DNA of 64,000 bases from Candidatus Saccharimonadota bacterium (GTDB lineage Bacteria > Patescibacteriota > Saccharimonadia > Saccharimonadales > Saccharimonadaceae). The translations under genes were made by a program, and so were the position numbers. This document shows, piece after piece, positions 1 through 11,187 of this stretch (the stretch's first letter is position 1; every line of letters begins with the position of its first letter). The notes beneath the pieces were generated by a model, which was not told the origin of the DNA, ran no database searches, and saw only the letters and a program-made list of their open reading frames with translations. The stretch spans positions 14,631 through 78,630 of the forward strand of contig JAUMUO010000004.1 of assembly GCA_030530605.1 (NCBI GenBank), in the 5' to 3' direction.

Positions 1-773
1 CCAGTAGCCCCAGATAAATTGCGTGTGCCGAACAAGAGCTTTTGCTGCTTTTCATTAATCGCCTGACGATGGTCGTCCAGCATCTTGGATACTTCAGCAG
101 TCAACTCTATCGGTTGAAGGTGAGCCTTGACTCGGTTATCATCTAGTTTTGTAATGTCAAGCAAATCTCTGAACAGTCGCCCGAGGTGCTGCGAAGCATC
201 GTGTGCCTCTGTTAAATACTTCCTCGCGCGCTCATCTATCGTGGCTGTTTGCGGGTTCAACGCCAAACCTAGATAACCCTCAATTGAAGCCACTGGCGTG
301 CGCATCTCGTGTGAAGCCGTGGAAATAAACTCGGTCTGCTCGTTTTCTTTGGCCAATTCTTGAGCGATATTCCGGAAAGTGATAATCTTTTCTGGTCCGC
401 CAGAAAGCGTCAAAGTAAGATCGATTGGAAATTTTTTACCAGACCGTGTCGCCAACACGAAATCTCGCGAAGAAAATGCCTCGCCCCGCACAATGGCCCC
501 TTTGAGAGGGTTCATATCTTCCTGAATTTGCTGGCCGGTGCCATCCTCTAACCTGAGTACACTAAACAGATATAACCCTGCTACTTCATAAATCCCATTT
601 GCCCCGACCAGGCTCACTGCCGCCGGGTTCGCAAATTTAATTACCCCCGAAGCGTCGATAATTAAAACCCCCTCCGCAATTGAATTAAGCGCTCTCTCGG
701 CCATCAAACTCCCGCCCGAGGGCTTGACCTCAGCCGGTTCTTCAGGTGCCGCTTTTTTGCGAAATATGCTCAT
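1..773 (-). CDS. PAS-domain sensor histidine kinase, partial (runs off window start)
   Basis: Manual minus-strand translation from ATG at 773: MSIFRKK...ALNSIAEGVLIIDASGVIKFANPAA (PAS) ...EFISTASHEMRTPVASIEGYL (HisKA H-box). Not in the ORF track. No obvious TM segment in the part seen. Confidence 0.9.
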   Translation of the reverse strand, partial: MSIFRKKAAPEEPAEVKPSGGSLMAERALNSIAEGVLIIDASGVIKFANPAAVSLVGANGIYEVAGLYLFSVLRLEDGTGQQIQEDMNPLKGAIVRGEAFSSRDFVLATRSGKKFPIDLTLTLSGGPEKIITFRNIAQELAKENEQTEFISTASHEMRTPVASIEGYLGLALNPQTATIDERARKYLTEAHDASQHLGRLFRDLLDITKLDDNRVKAHLQPIELTAEVSKMLDDHRQAINEKQQKLLFGTRNLSGAT

Positions 774-821
774 TTATAATTATTTTAACACAAGTGGAAT
801 AAAATGTGCTAAAATAAATAT
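774..821. promoter_or_regulatory. Back-to-back divergent extended -10 promoters
   Basis: TGC-TAAAAT (hexamer 810-815) 6 nt before + ATG 822; TGT-TAAAAT on minus (hexamer 787-782) 8 nt before - ATG 773. Confidence 0.65.
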
Positions 822-2525
822 ATGAACAAAGACGTGATTTATATTGAACCGGAGGACGATATCACCGATATCATCTCCAAACTGCGAGCAAGTAAGTCTA
901 AAGTCGTCGCACTTGTTCCGCCCAAGAAAATTGGCGTTCTAAGAAGCGCCGTGAACACTAAATTAATTGCTAAAGCGGCTAAATCTGCTGAGAAAGTTGC
1001 TGTAATTGTTACAACGGACAGCGCCTTAATTAAACTTTCGGCTTCTGCTGGTATTCCGGTAGCAAAAAACCTGTCCTCTCGCCCGAAGCTTCCGTCCGAA
1101 ATCACCGAAGAAGATGAAAAGCCGGCTAAAGTCATAGAAGAAAAGGCCGAGGAAAAGTCCACCGAAATTAAGTCTGAAGAAATTGAGAAAAAACCGGAAG
1201 CGGAAAAGCCTGCCGAAAGAAAGTCGGATAAAAAAGACAAGAAAGACAAGAAGAAGGAAAAAGAGGATAAATCCGATTTGCCGTTCTTCAAGCGCTATAA
1301 AAAGTGGATTATCATCGGTTCTGCCGGCTTTGTTTTCTTGGTTCTGCTCGGCATCTGGGCCTTTGCAATTGCCCCGGCTGCCACTATCAATGTTCAAATT
1401 CGCACCACGTCTAACAACTTCTCTGAAGCTGTCTCTTTCACCACTAATAATGGCGCTGCTAGCGCTAAAGATGGAAAGTTTCTACTTGAGTCTAAAGAAT
1501 ACAAACAAGAAAATGCTGTCACCTTTGAGGCTACTGGTAAAAAAGATGTCGGCGAAAAGGCTAAAGGTTATATCGCGATAGAAGTTTATGTTGCCGAACC
1601 TGGCAGTGCTGTTACCGTTCCTGCCGGCACTAACTTTGCTAACAACGGTATGACTTTCACCGCCACCGAAGGGACTTCAGTCACATGGGAAGATGGTGAC
1701 TCTAAAACCGCCATTGTTGAGCAATGTGACAACAAGAGCGAAATTAACCCTTCCGATTTAACCAAGACCGTCAAGCCAGAGGGCTATAAGGGCTGTCTCC
1801 TTACTGCTAAAATGGATGTCGTTGCGGTTGAGGCTGGCGACAAGTTCAACATCTCCCCGACCAGCTCTGGCTGGACCACCAATTTCGGCGGTGCCTACAA
1901 GTCCATTTACAACAAGAGCAGTTTCTCCGGCGGCACCTCCAAGTTAGTTACTATCGTCCAGCAGTCCGACATTGTTTCGGCTCAGGCTGCGCTCGCCGCT
2001 AAAATCACCGGCGACGGTAAGTCCAAATTAATGGCCAGCATTTCTAGCGACCTTATGCCACTAGAAAGCACTTACAAGGAAGAAGCCGGCGAAGCCACCG
2101 CTACTCCGGCGGTTGGTGAAGAGGTTGGTAGCGGTGTCACCCCGAAACTTACTAGCACCACCACTTATACCATCTTAACCCTCGATAAGAAAGATTTGGT
2201 CAAATTTGTTGAAGACAAGACCAAAGCCACTCTTGCTGCCGACCAAAAGATTTATGAAACCACCGAGCCGTTCCTCGAGAGATTTACTGAAGATAGCAAT
2301 GGCGGTTACACCGCTCGCCTCAAGGCCACTACTAAGGTTGGCCCAACCGTCACCGAGGCCGAGATTTTAGAGAAGGCCAAAGGCAAGAAAATTGGCGAGC
2401 TTCAGAGCCAGCTCAAGAGCATCAATGGCGTTAGCTCCTGTAAAGTAGATCCTAGCTTCTTCTGGGTCACCACTATTCCAAACGACGCCAACAAAATCAC
2501 CGTAAATCTTGAAGTGGAGAAATAA
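822..2525 (+). CDS. Membrane-anchored protein with baseplate-J-like extracytoplasmic domain
   Basis: N-terminal alpha/beta domain, K/E-rich linker, one TM (WIIIGSAGFVFLVLLGIWAFAI), then GEKAKG..VTVPAGTNF..F.AT..VVAVEAGDKFNI..FSGGT pattern recalled from Baseplate_J-like proteins (by eye). Confidence 0.55.
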   Translation: MNKDVIYIEPEDDITDIISKLRASKSKVVALVPPKKIGVLRSAVNTKLIAKAAKSAEKVAVIVTTDSALIKLSASAGIPVAKNLSSRPKLPSEITEEDEKPAKVIEEKAEEKSTEIKSEEIEKKPEAEKPAERKSDKKDKKDKKKEKEDKSDLPFFKRYKKWIIIGSAGFVFLVLLGIWAFAIAPAATINVQIRTTSNNFSEAVSFTTNNGAASAKDGKFLLESKEYKQENAVTFEATGKKDVGEKAKGYIAIEVYVAEPGSAVTVPAGTNFANNGMTFTATEGTSVTWEDGDSKTAIVEQCDNKSEINPSDLTKTVKPEGYKGCLLTAKMDVVAVEAGDKFNISPTSSGWTTNFGGAYKSIYNKSSFSGGTSKLVTIVQQSDIVSAQAALAAKITGDGKSKLMASISSDLMPLESTYKEEAGEATATPAVGEEVGSGVTPKLTSTTTYTILTLDKKDLVKFVEDKTKATLAADQKIYETTEPFLERFTEDSNGGYTARLKATTKVGPTVTEAEILEKAKGKKIGELQSQLKSINGVSSCKVDPSFFWVTTIPNDANKITVNLEVEK

Positions 2526-2530
2526 TCTCT

Positions 2531-4129
2531 ATGAAATTAATCGGGCTAGACGTCGGTACAAAGCGCATTGGTGTCGCGAGAGCAGATTCGAGCACTCGCA
2601 TCGCCCTGCCAGTTGGCACACTCGCTGTAGACGGCAAAGAATATGAAGTATTAAAAAAGTTGGCGGATAAACTAAATACCAAATACTTCGTAATTGGGCT
2701 CCCCCGTAACAATTCCGGCAAGGAGACCGCCCAGTCAGAGGTTGCTAAAAAATTTGGCAAGCAATTGGAAAATAGTGTCCCCGGTATTAAAATTCGCTTC
2801 CAAGATGAGTCCCTTACTAGTGTAGAAGCAGAGCAACGCTTAATGAAAAAGGTAAATAAAACTGGCAAAATGTACCAGAAAGGCGAAGTAGATGCCGAGG
2901 CTGCCACGATTATTTTACAGGATTTTTTAGAAACTCTGCCTTCAACCCACGCCGCCGCAGCTTCGCGTCCAGTCGTCGAATTAAAGAAACCTCGCCGTTC
3001 TAGTAAGAATAAAAAACTTGGTTTGAAAATTGCTATTGGTATAGCCGCTGGTGCTATTGCTCTCGGCGCTTTGCTCCTTATATGGTATAGTTCTAATCTC
3101 CGCCCAGTTTATGATTCTAAACTTTGTAAAACATCTTCCGCCGACGATCAGTGTAAGCCAGTCGACTTTACCGTTAAAACGGGCGAGCCGGTTGTAGACA
3201 TCGCCAACAACCTAGAATCTGCCGGTGTCATCAAGAGCTCTTTGGCTTTCCAGATTTATGCCAAACTAAATGGTAGCCAAGACAAAACCCCTAAGCCGGG
3301 CGACTATCAGCTCTCGCGTGCTTCTAGTGTAGAAGAAATTTTCAAACAGCTCGTGGAGGGTTCCAAGTCTGCCAACGTCTTCCAGCTCACCATCCTTCCT
3401 GGCGAAACCATCAAAGACATCAAGAATAAACTAAAAAATCTTGGCTACTCTGAGGAAGAAATCAACACAGCCTTTGCTAAGAATTATGACCACAAAGTCC
3501 TAGAGGGTAAAAAGGACACTTCTGCTTGGGGTGCCGAGCCGCTAGAGGGCTATATCTTTGGTGATACTTATGAGTTCTACATTGGCGAAAGTGTCGAAAA
3601 CATTATCCTTACCACGCTAGATAATCTCTGGGCTGCCGTTGAGGGCAACAATATCATTTCTAAACTTGGTGCTCATGATCTCTCGCTTTATGACGGTATC
3701 ACCCTTGCTTCCATCGTCCAAAAAGAGGCTCACACTTTAGACCAGCCTTATGTCGCGGAAGTCTTTTATAACCGTCTAAAAAACGGCATCCCGCTAGGTT
3801 CGGATGTCACGCTTACTTATGCGCTTAATCTGGTTGATCCAGACCGTAAAACTTATGCCTACAATGCGGATGCTCTTACCTTAGACCACCCATATAATAC
3901 TAGGAACGCCGTTTATACCGGCCTTACCCCCGGCCCGATTAGTAACCCGGGCATTTCCGCCCTACTCGCCGTGGCCGAGCCAAAGGAGCCAGAGGGTTTT
4001 GATGAGAATAGACGAGTATTCTATTTCTTGACAGGGGACGATGGCAAGATGTATTATAGTGACACAGAGGAAGGGCATAACCAGAATATCGCAAATCATT
4101 GTCAGGAGCTCTGTAACGTTAAGTTATGA
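2531..4129 (+). CDS. RuvX/YqgF nuclease fused to endolytic transglycosylase MltG
   Basis: N-term LIGLDVGTKRIGVA / VIGLP / QDESLTS / VDAEAATIILQ = YqgF; TM; C-term LEGYIFGDTY, ASIVQKE, GLTPGPISNPG, YFLTG = MltG/YceG. Confidence 0.85.
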   Translation: MKLIGLDVGTKRIGVARADSSTRIALPVGTLAVDGKEYEVLKKLADKLNTKYFVIGLPRNNSGKETAQSEVAKKFGKQLENSVPGIKIRFQDESLTSVEAEQRLMKKVNKTGKMYQKGEVDAEAATIILQDFLETLPSTHAAAASRPVVELKKPRRSSKNKKLGLKIAIGIAAGAIALGALLLIWYSSNLRPVYDSKLCKTSSADDQCKPVDFTVKTGEPVVDIANNLESAGVIKSSLAFQIYAKLNGSQDKTPKPGDYQLSRASSVEEIFKQLVEGSKSANVFQLTILPGETIKDIKNKLKNLGYSEEEINTAFAKNYDHKVLEGKKDTSAWGAEPLEGYIFGDTYEFYIGESVENIILTTLDNLWAAVEGNNIISKLGAHDLSLYDGITLASIVQKEAHTLDQPYVAEVFYNRLKNGIPLGSDVTLTYALNLVDPDRKTYAYNADALTLDHPYNTRNAVYTGLTPGPISNPGISALLAVAEPKEPEGFDENRRVFYFLTGDDGKMYYSDTEEGHNQNIANHCQELCNVKL

Positions 4130-5286
4130 CCAGAAGAAAACACGAAATAGGAAGATTTTTTAGTAAGTATTGGGCTTACTTGTTGTCTTTTGCTGTGATT
4201 GTCGCTGTGGCCTATTTCGGTTCTCGTGGCAAGGAGCCAATCTCTGATGATTCCACCAACATCCACGTGATTTTTTCTAATAATTATACGGTCACCGCCG
4301 ACCAGGTTTCCGAATTCTATGTCGTTTCAGAAATTGCCAATGCTATGCAATTTGTAAGCTCTAACGAAATTACCAACAACTACATTTCCGTGGCCTTGCT
4401 CCAAGAAACCAACCAAACTATCGACGATATCTCTGGTAAAATTAGCAAACCAACCATCGTGGATGTCTCGCATATTTCGCGTGGGGTCAAGAGCTATACT
4501 GTTCAGCCTGGAGAGACTTTGGATCAAATCGCTTCTCGCTTTGGCGTCAGCACCGACCAAATTCGCTGGTCTAATGGTATGGCTTCTAAAAATATCTCCG
4601 AAGGCCAAAGCCTTTATATCCCAACCGTTTCTGGTATTGCTGTTACCGTCAAGGACGATGACACTGTAGAATCGCTCGCCGACCACTACGGCGCTAAAGC
4701 CGCCGACATTATTTCTTATAATGACCTTGAGACCAACCAAAATCTCAAGGCTGGCCTAGTTATTCTTATCCCAAATGGCGTAATGCCAGAAACCGAGCGC
4801 CCAGAATACGTGGCCCCAGTGGTTGCCACTCCACAAGCCCCACAGACTTACACCTATACTTATCAGAACTACTCATATATTGGTTCTTCTGGTGGCCGCG
4901 AAAACCTTCGAATTGTCCAGCGCTTCTCCTATGCTGAATCCGTTGGTGATCCGGGCAACCGCAACACCCCGGGTCAGTGTACTTGGTATGCTTGGTACTA
5001 TCGCAAACACTATACTTCTAGTCCGCTTCCAGCCACCGTGCTCGGCAACGCCAACGCTTGGGCCTACTCGCTCTCTCGTATGGGCTTTGCCGTCAACAAT
5101 ACCCCGTCCGTGGGCGCCGTCTTCCAAACCACCTCCGGTTACTATGGCCACGTCGGTGTCGTTACATCGGTTAATAAAGACGGTTCCATCACCGTCCGCG
5201 AGATGAACTACAGCGGTATGGCCTTCACTGTCACCGAGTCCAACATTCCAAAGCAGTACGTCGGAATGTACAACTACATCCATTAA
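4126..5286 (+). CDS. LysM x2 + CHAP peptidoglycan hydrolase
   Basis: N-terminal TM; YTVQPGETLDQIASRFGVS and VKDDDTVESLADHYG LysM repeats; GQCTWYA (Cys), GYYGHV (His), REMN of CHAP. Confidence 0.88.
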   Translation: MTRRKHEIGRFFSKYWAYLLSFAVIVAVAYFGSRGKEPISDDSTNIHVIFSNNYTVTADQVSEFYVVSEIANAMQFVSSNEITNNYISVALLQETNQTIDDISGKISKPTIVDVSHISRGVKSYTVQPGETLDQIASRFGVSTDQIRWSNGMASKNISEGQSLYIPTVSGIAVTVKDDDTVESLADHYGAKAADIISYNDLETNQNLKAGLVILIPNGVMPETERPEYVAPVVATPQAPQTYTYTYQNYSYIGSSGGRENLRIVQRFSYAESVGDPGNRNTPGQCTWYAWYYRKHYTSSPLPATVLGNANAWAYSLSRMGFAVNNTPSVGAVFQTTSGYYGHVGVVTSVNKDGSITVREMNYSGMAFTVTESNIPKQYVGMYNYIH

Positions 5287-5301
5287 TGTTATAATATATA
5301 T

Positions 5302-6678
5302 ATGTTTGTAGACGTAGCAAAAGTTGAACTCCACGCTGGCAAAGGCGGGGACGGGGCGGTTTCCTTCCGTCACGAAATCTATATTCCAAAGGGCGGTCCC
5401 GATGGTGGTGACGGCGGTAAAGGCGGCTCTATCATTTTTCGTGCCGACAAAGATACTAATACGCTCCTAGACTTTCGTTACAACCCAATTCTGCGCGCCG
5501 AGGATGGTAAAAATGGCTCCGGACAGCGTTCCGCCGGCCGTTCCGGCAAAGACCTGATTGTAGAAGTGCCGATTGGCACGGTGGTTAGAAGAGACGGAGA
5601 AGTAATTGCCGATTTAACCAAAGATCAGGAAGAGGCGGTAATCGCTAAAGGTGGCGACGGCGGTTTCGGCAATGCTCATTTTAAGTCATCAACGCGCCAG
5701 ACTCCTAAAATCGCGGAGGTCGGCGAGCCGGGTGAAGAATTTATCGCCGAGCTAGAATTAAAACTTTTGGCCGATGTTGGTTTGGTTGGCCTTCCGAATG
5801 CTGGCAAATCTACTTTTCTCGCCAGCGTCTCCAACGCCAAGCCCGAAATTGCTGATTACCCGTTTACCACCATCACTCCAAATCTCGGTGTTGCCACTAT
5901 CGACGGCAAGGATTTGTTAATCGCTGATATTCCGGGTCTCATTGAAGGTGCCGCCGAAGGCAAGGGTCTCGGCCACGCCTTTCTCCGCCATATTGACCGC
6001 ACCGCAGTTTTGTTACACCTTGTAGATGTTTATAATGACGACGCTGGCAAGGCCTATAAAACCATCCGTGATGAGCTTGCCAAATACTCAGATTTGAAAG
6101 ATCGCCCCGAAATCGTCGCGCTCACTAAATGCGAAGGCCTAGACCCAGAGATTATCGCGATGCAGACCGCGAACATCTTACGCGAGAATCCCGACGCTAA
6201 GGTCTTCGCCATCTCCGCCCCCGCCCACCAGGGAATCACAGAGCTGTTGCGGGAATTATGGGAATGTAAGATGAGCGTTCAGGAAGGCCTTGAGCGAACC
6301 CGATTTGAGGAAGATTCTTACAGAGACGAGCACGCGACGGTTCGCGACGCAGTCCCTGCTAAGAATCTGACGAAAATCGAACGTGATGCGAAACAGCCGA
6401 CTGAACGCTCGTCTGACATTCCTACCATCAAACTCTCTGACAAGGCCCTGAAGGATACCTGGTCGGTAGAGAAAGACGGCGATAAATTTGTCGTGACGGG
6501 CGAAAAAATCGAAAAGTTCGCCCGGAAAACCGATTTGTCTAATTATGCTTCCTTGAACCGCTTGCGCGATGTGATGAAGAAAATGGGCATCCGCGCCGAG
6601 CTCACCAACCAGGGCGCCGGTCCGGATAGTATCATTAGTATTGCTGGCAAAGAATTCACACTTGTAGAAGATTATTAA
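5302..6678 (+). CDS. obgE: GTPase ObgE/CgtA
   Basis: Gly-rich Obg fold (GKGGDG..GGPDGGDGG), GLPNAGKST, DYPFTT, DIPG, C-terminal CgtA-like domain. Confidence 0.97.
   Translation: MFVDVAKVELHAGKGGDGAVSFRHEIYIPKGGPDGGDGGKGGSIIFRADKDTNTLLDFRYNPILRAEDGKNGSGQRSAGRSGKDLIVEVPIGTVVRRDGEVIADLTKDQEEAVIAKGGDGGFGNAHFKSSTRQTPKIAEVGEPGEEFIAELELKLLADVGLVGLPNAGKSTFLASVSNAKPEIADYPFTTITPNLGVATIDGKDLLIADIPGLIEGAAEGKGLGHAFLRHIDRTAVLLHLVDVYNDDAGKAYKTIRDELAKYSDLKDRPEIVALTKCEGLDPEIIAMQTANILRENPDAKVFAISAPAHQGITELLRELWECKMSVQEGLERTRFEEDSYRDEHATVRDAVPAKNLTKIERDAKQPTERSSDIPTIKLSDKALKDTWSVEKDGDKFVVTGEKIEKFARKTDLSNYASLNRLRDVMKKMGIRAELTNQGAGPDSIISIAGKEFTLVEDY
6256..6422. repeat. Long palindromic segment inside obgE coding sequence
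   Basis: 6261-6282 and 6401-6422 are a 22-bp inverted repeat (20/22); inner stems 6301-06/6374-79, 6312-20/6360-68, 6333-37/6342-46. Confidence 0.8.
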
Positions 6679-6738
6679 GCTATAAACTACGCCAACTAAT
6701 AAATTGCTCTCTATGGTATAATATACCAAAGGAGTACT

Positions 6739-7199
6739 ATGGATAAAAATGTTAAAACCAGCATTGATGCGCGCAAAAATGCCATCACCAGCACTTATGC
6801 TTTAGAGAGGGAACTAAAAACCAAGTTTGACAACCTATTCAAAAAAATTGAGGACCTCGGAAGAACCGCCAAGGATTCCGCAGATTTTGAAGCCAAGTTT
6901 GCGAGCAGCCCTCTGAATCAGGAATATCTGGACCTCTTCACCGAAATCGCTACCAAAAACACCGCCACCGGCCTCAAGGGCGTGACCAATGCCTCTGGCA
7001 AATCAATGGGTGAAATGGTCGCCAAAGGCGTAATGGACCAGGCCGGCAGTCGTATTAAGCAGGCCGTGATGCCGACTCGCGCCCAAATCAACCAAGCCGC
7101 CTACGACAAGGCCCGCGACATCCCCGGCGTCGGCGACGCTATGGCCGTCAAGCAACACGTTGATTTCTTCTCTCGCTTCAAAAAGCAGAAAGACGAGTA

Positions 7200-7200
<1 letters not shown>
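6739..7200 (+). CDS. Hypothetical protein
   Basis: 153-aa ORF with TGG-TATAAT and AAAGGAG upstream; stop overlaps recG start (TAATG). Confidence 0.75.
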
Positions 7201-9254
<2,054 letters not shown>

Positions 9255-9272
9255 TTGTGCTATAATTAGACT

Positions 9273-9998
9273 ATGAAAAACATCGTTGAGGTGAAAAACT
9301 TTAAGATTGGTTTTGGTGACAAGGAAGTCATCAAAGATTTATCTTTTGAAGTTAAAAAAGGCGAGATTTTTGGCCTACTCGGCTCTAACGGCTCCGGCAA
9401 GACCACCACTATCCGTACTCTGCTTGGTCTTTATCAGCCTTCGGGCGGCGAAATTTTAGTTAATGGTAAAAAGTTCAACCCAGAAAATGCCGAGGTTACT
9501 ATTGGCTATCTTCCGGAGGAAAGAGGTCTTTATAAAAAGGAAACCGTAATTGATACTATGGTTTACTTTGGCCGCCTCAAGGGTTTAGAAAATCCAGAAG
9601 ATTGGAGTAGAAAATATCTAAAACGCGTTGGCCTAGAGGACAAGGAAAATGAAAAACTTGAGAAACTCTCTGGTGGCCAGCAGCAGAAAATCCAGCTCGG
9701 TATCACCATTATGAGCGACCCGGAACTTTTAATTTTAGACGAACCCACCAAAGGTTTTGACCCGATGAACCGCCGGCTCTTGATGGATATTATTGAAGAA
9801 CACCACAAAAATGGGGCCGCCATTATTATGATTACACATTATATGGACGAAGTAGAACGTCTTTGTGACCGTGCGTTGCTCCTAAAAGACGGCGTAGCGA
9901 GGGCCTATGGCACTATTCCTGAAATCAAGAAGAAGTTTAATAATAAGAGCCTAGACCAGATTTTTGTGGACATTTATGGAGGTGGATATGCGGAGTAA
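9273..9998 (+). CDS. ABC transporter ATP-binding protein
   Basis: GSNGSGKTT, LSGGQ, LILDEP. Confidence 0.95.
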   Translation: MKNIVEVKNFKIGFGDKEVIKDLSFEVKKGEIFGLLGSNGSGKTTTIRTLLGLYQPSGGEILVNGKKFNPENAEVTIGYLPEERGLYKKETVIDTMVYFGRLKGLENPEDWSRKYLKRVGLEDKENEKLEKLSGGQQQKIQLGITIMSDPELLILDEPTKGFDPMNRRLLMDIIEEHHKNGAAIIMITHYMDEVERLCDRALLLKDGVARAYGTIPEIKKKFNNKSLDQIFVDIYGGGYAE

Positions 9999-11178
9999 AA
10001 CTTTTGAAGTCATAAGATTTGAAACTATGCGCCAGCTCAAAAAACCAGCTTTCTGGGCGGCCACCCTCCTAATCCCTTTGCTGATAGGGGGCATTTATCT
10101 GATTAGTTTTCTATCTGCGAAGAGCGTAGAAAAAGACCCGGTCTTAAAAGAAGACACTAAAATTGCCATCACGGACGAGGCTGGTATTTTCAACAAGGAA
10201 ACCCCGTTTCTAGTTGACGTTGATAAAGATGCTGGTAGAGAAATGGTTAAAACTGGCAAGGTAGATTTATATTTCTACATCCCGAAAGATTTTGCCGAAA
10301 CTAAAAAGGCTGATTTTTATCATATCTCAGAAGGTCTAGATATTTTCAATAATGATGCCAACATCTTGAAAACTCTGCTTTCAAACGAGGCCGCTTCTAA
10401 GGTTGGCGAGCTGGACACTTTAGCTCTCACTGGTAAGTATGAGGTGACCGACCACAAACTAAATCACGACGGCGAAGATTCTAATGCTCTCGGCAAGGCG
10501 ATTGTCCCGTTTGCTATTGGCATTGTGTTCTTTATGTTTGTGGCGCTCTGTGGCAACCGATTCCTACTTAATGTCGTGGAAGAAAAAGAAAACCGTATCA
10601 GCGAGATGATTTTAACTTCTATCTCGGCTCACCATCTAATCGTCGGCAAGATTATCGCTCTACTTATTCTCAGTGCGATTCAAATTCTCGTGTTAGTTAT
10701 CCCGATTGCGATTTTGATCTTTGTCAATCGCGACAGCCAAATGATTAGCGGGATTCTCAATATGATTGAAGTCGAGCCAATTACAGTAATACTTAGCGCA
10801 CTGCTCTTTATCGCATCCGTAATGTTTTATGCTGGTACTTGTACCTTTGTCGGGGCGCTCACTTCTACCGCTAAAGACGCCTCATCCTTTATTGGGCCCG
10901 CCATCATCTTAATTGTTTTCCCGCTATACTTTATGCAAATGTTTATGGCCACCGATCCAAACGCCATCGTCCAGTTTATGACCTATTTTCCGTTTACCGC
11001 ACCGATTGCCTTGATGCTCAGAAGTGGCTTTGGCACCATCTCCACACTAGAATTCTGTATAGGGCTTGCCGTTGTGGCGGTGTCGGCTGTGATTATGACC
11101 AGGCTCGCTATTGTTACTTTCCAGAAAAATGCCATCAACTTTGGCTCACCACGTTTAAGATCAAGGCGGAAACGCTAG
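9988..11178 (+). CDS. ABC-2 type permease (NatB/YhaP-like)
   Basis: Multiple TMs, VVEEKENRISE motif; start moved to ATG 9988 after GGAGG. Confidence 0.88.
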   Translation: MRSKTFEVIRFETMRQLKKPAFWAATLLIPLLIGGIYLISFLSAKSVEKDPVLKEDTKIAITDEAGIFNKETPFLVDVDKDAGREMVKTGKVDLYFYIPKDFAETKKADFYHISEGLDIFNNDANILKTLLSNEAASKVGELDTLALTGKYEVTDHKLNHDGEDSNALGKAIVPFAIGIVFFMFVALCGNRFLLNVVEEKENRISEMILTSISAHHLIVGKIIALLILSAIQILVLVIPIAILIFVNRDSQMISGILNMIEVEPITVILSALLFIASVMFYAGTCTFVGALTSTAKDASSFIGPAIILIVFPLYFMQMFMATDPNAIVQFMTYFPFTAPIALMLRSGFGTISTLEFCIGLAVVAVSAVIMTRLAIVTFQKNAINFGSPRLRSRRKR

Positions 11179-11187
11179 GTAGGTTTT

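Noticed and set aside
822-2525. Prophage or contractile injection system
   Set aside because: No tail, sheath, tube, terminase or capsid genes nearby; kept only as an orphan-domain finding.
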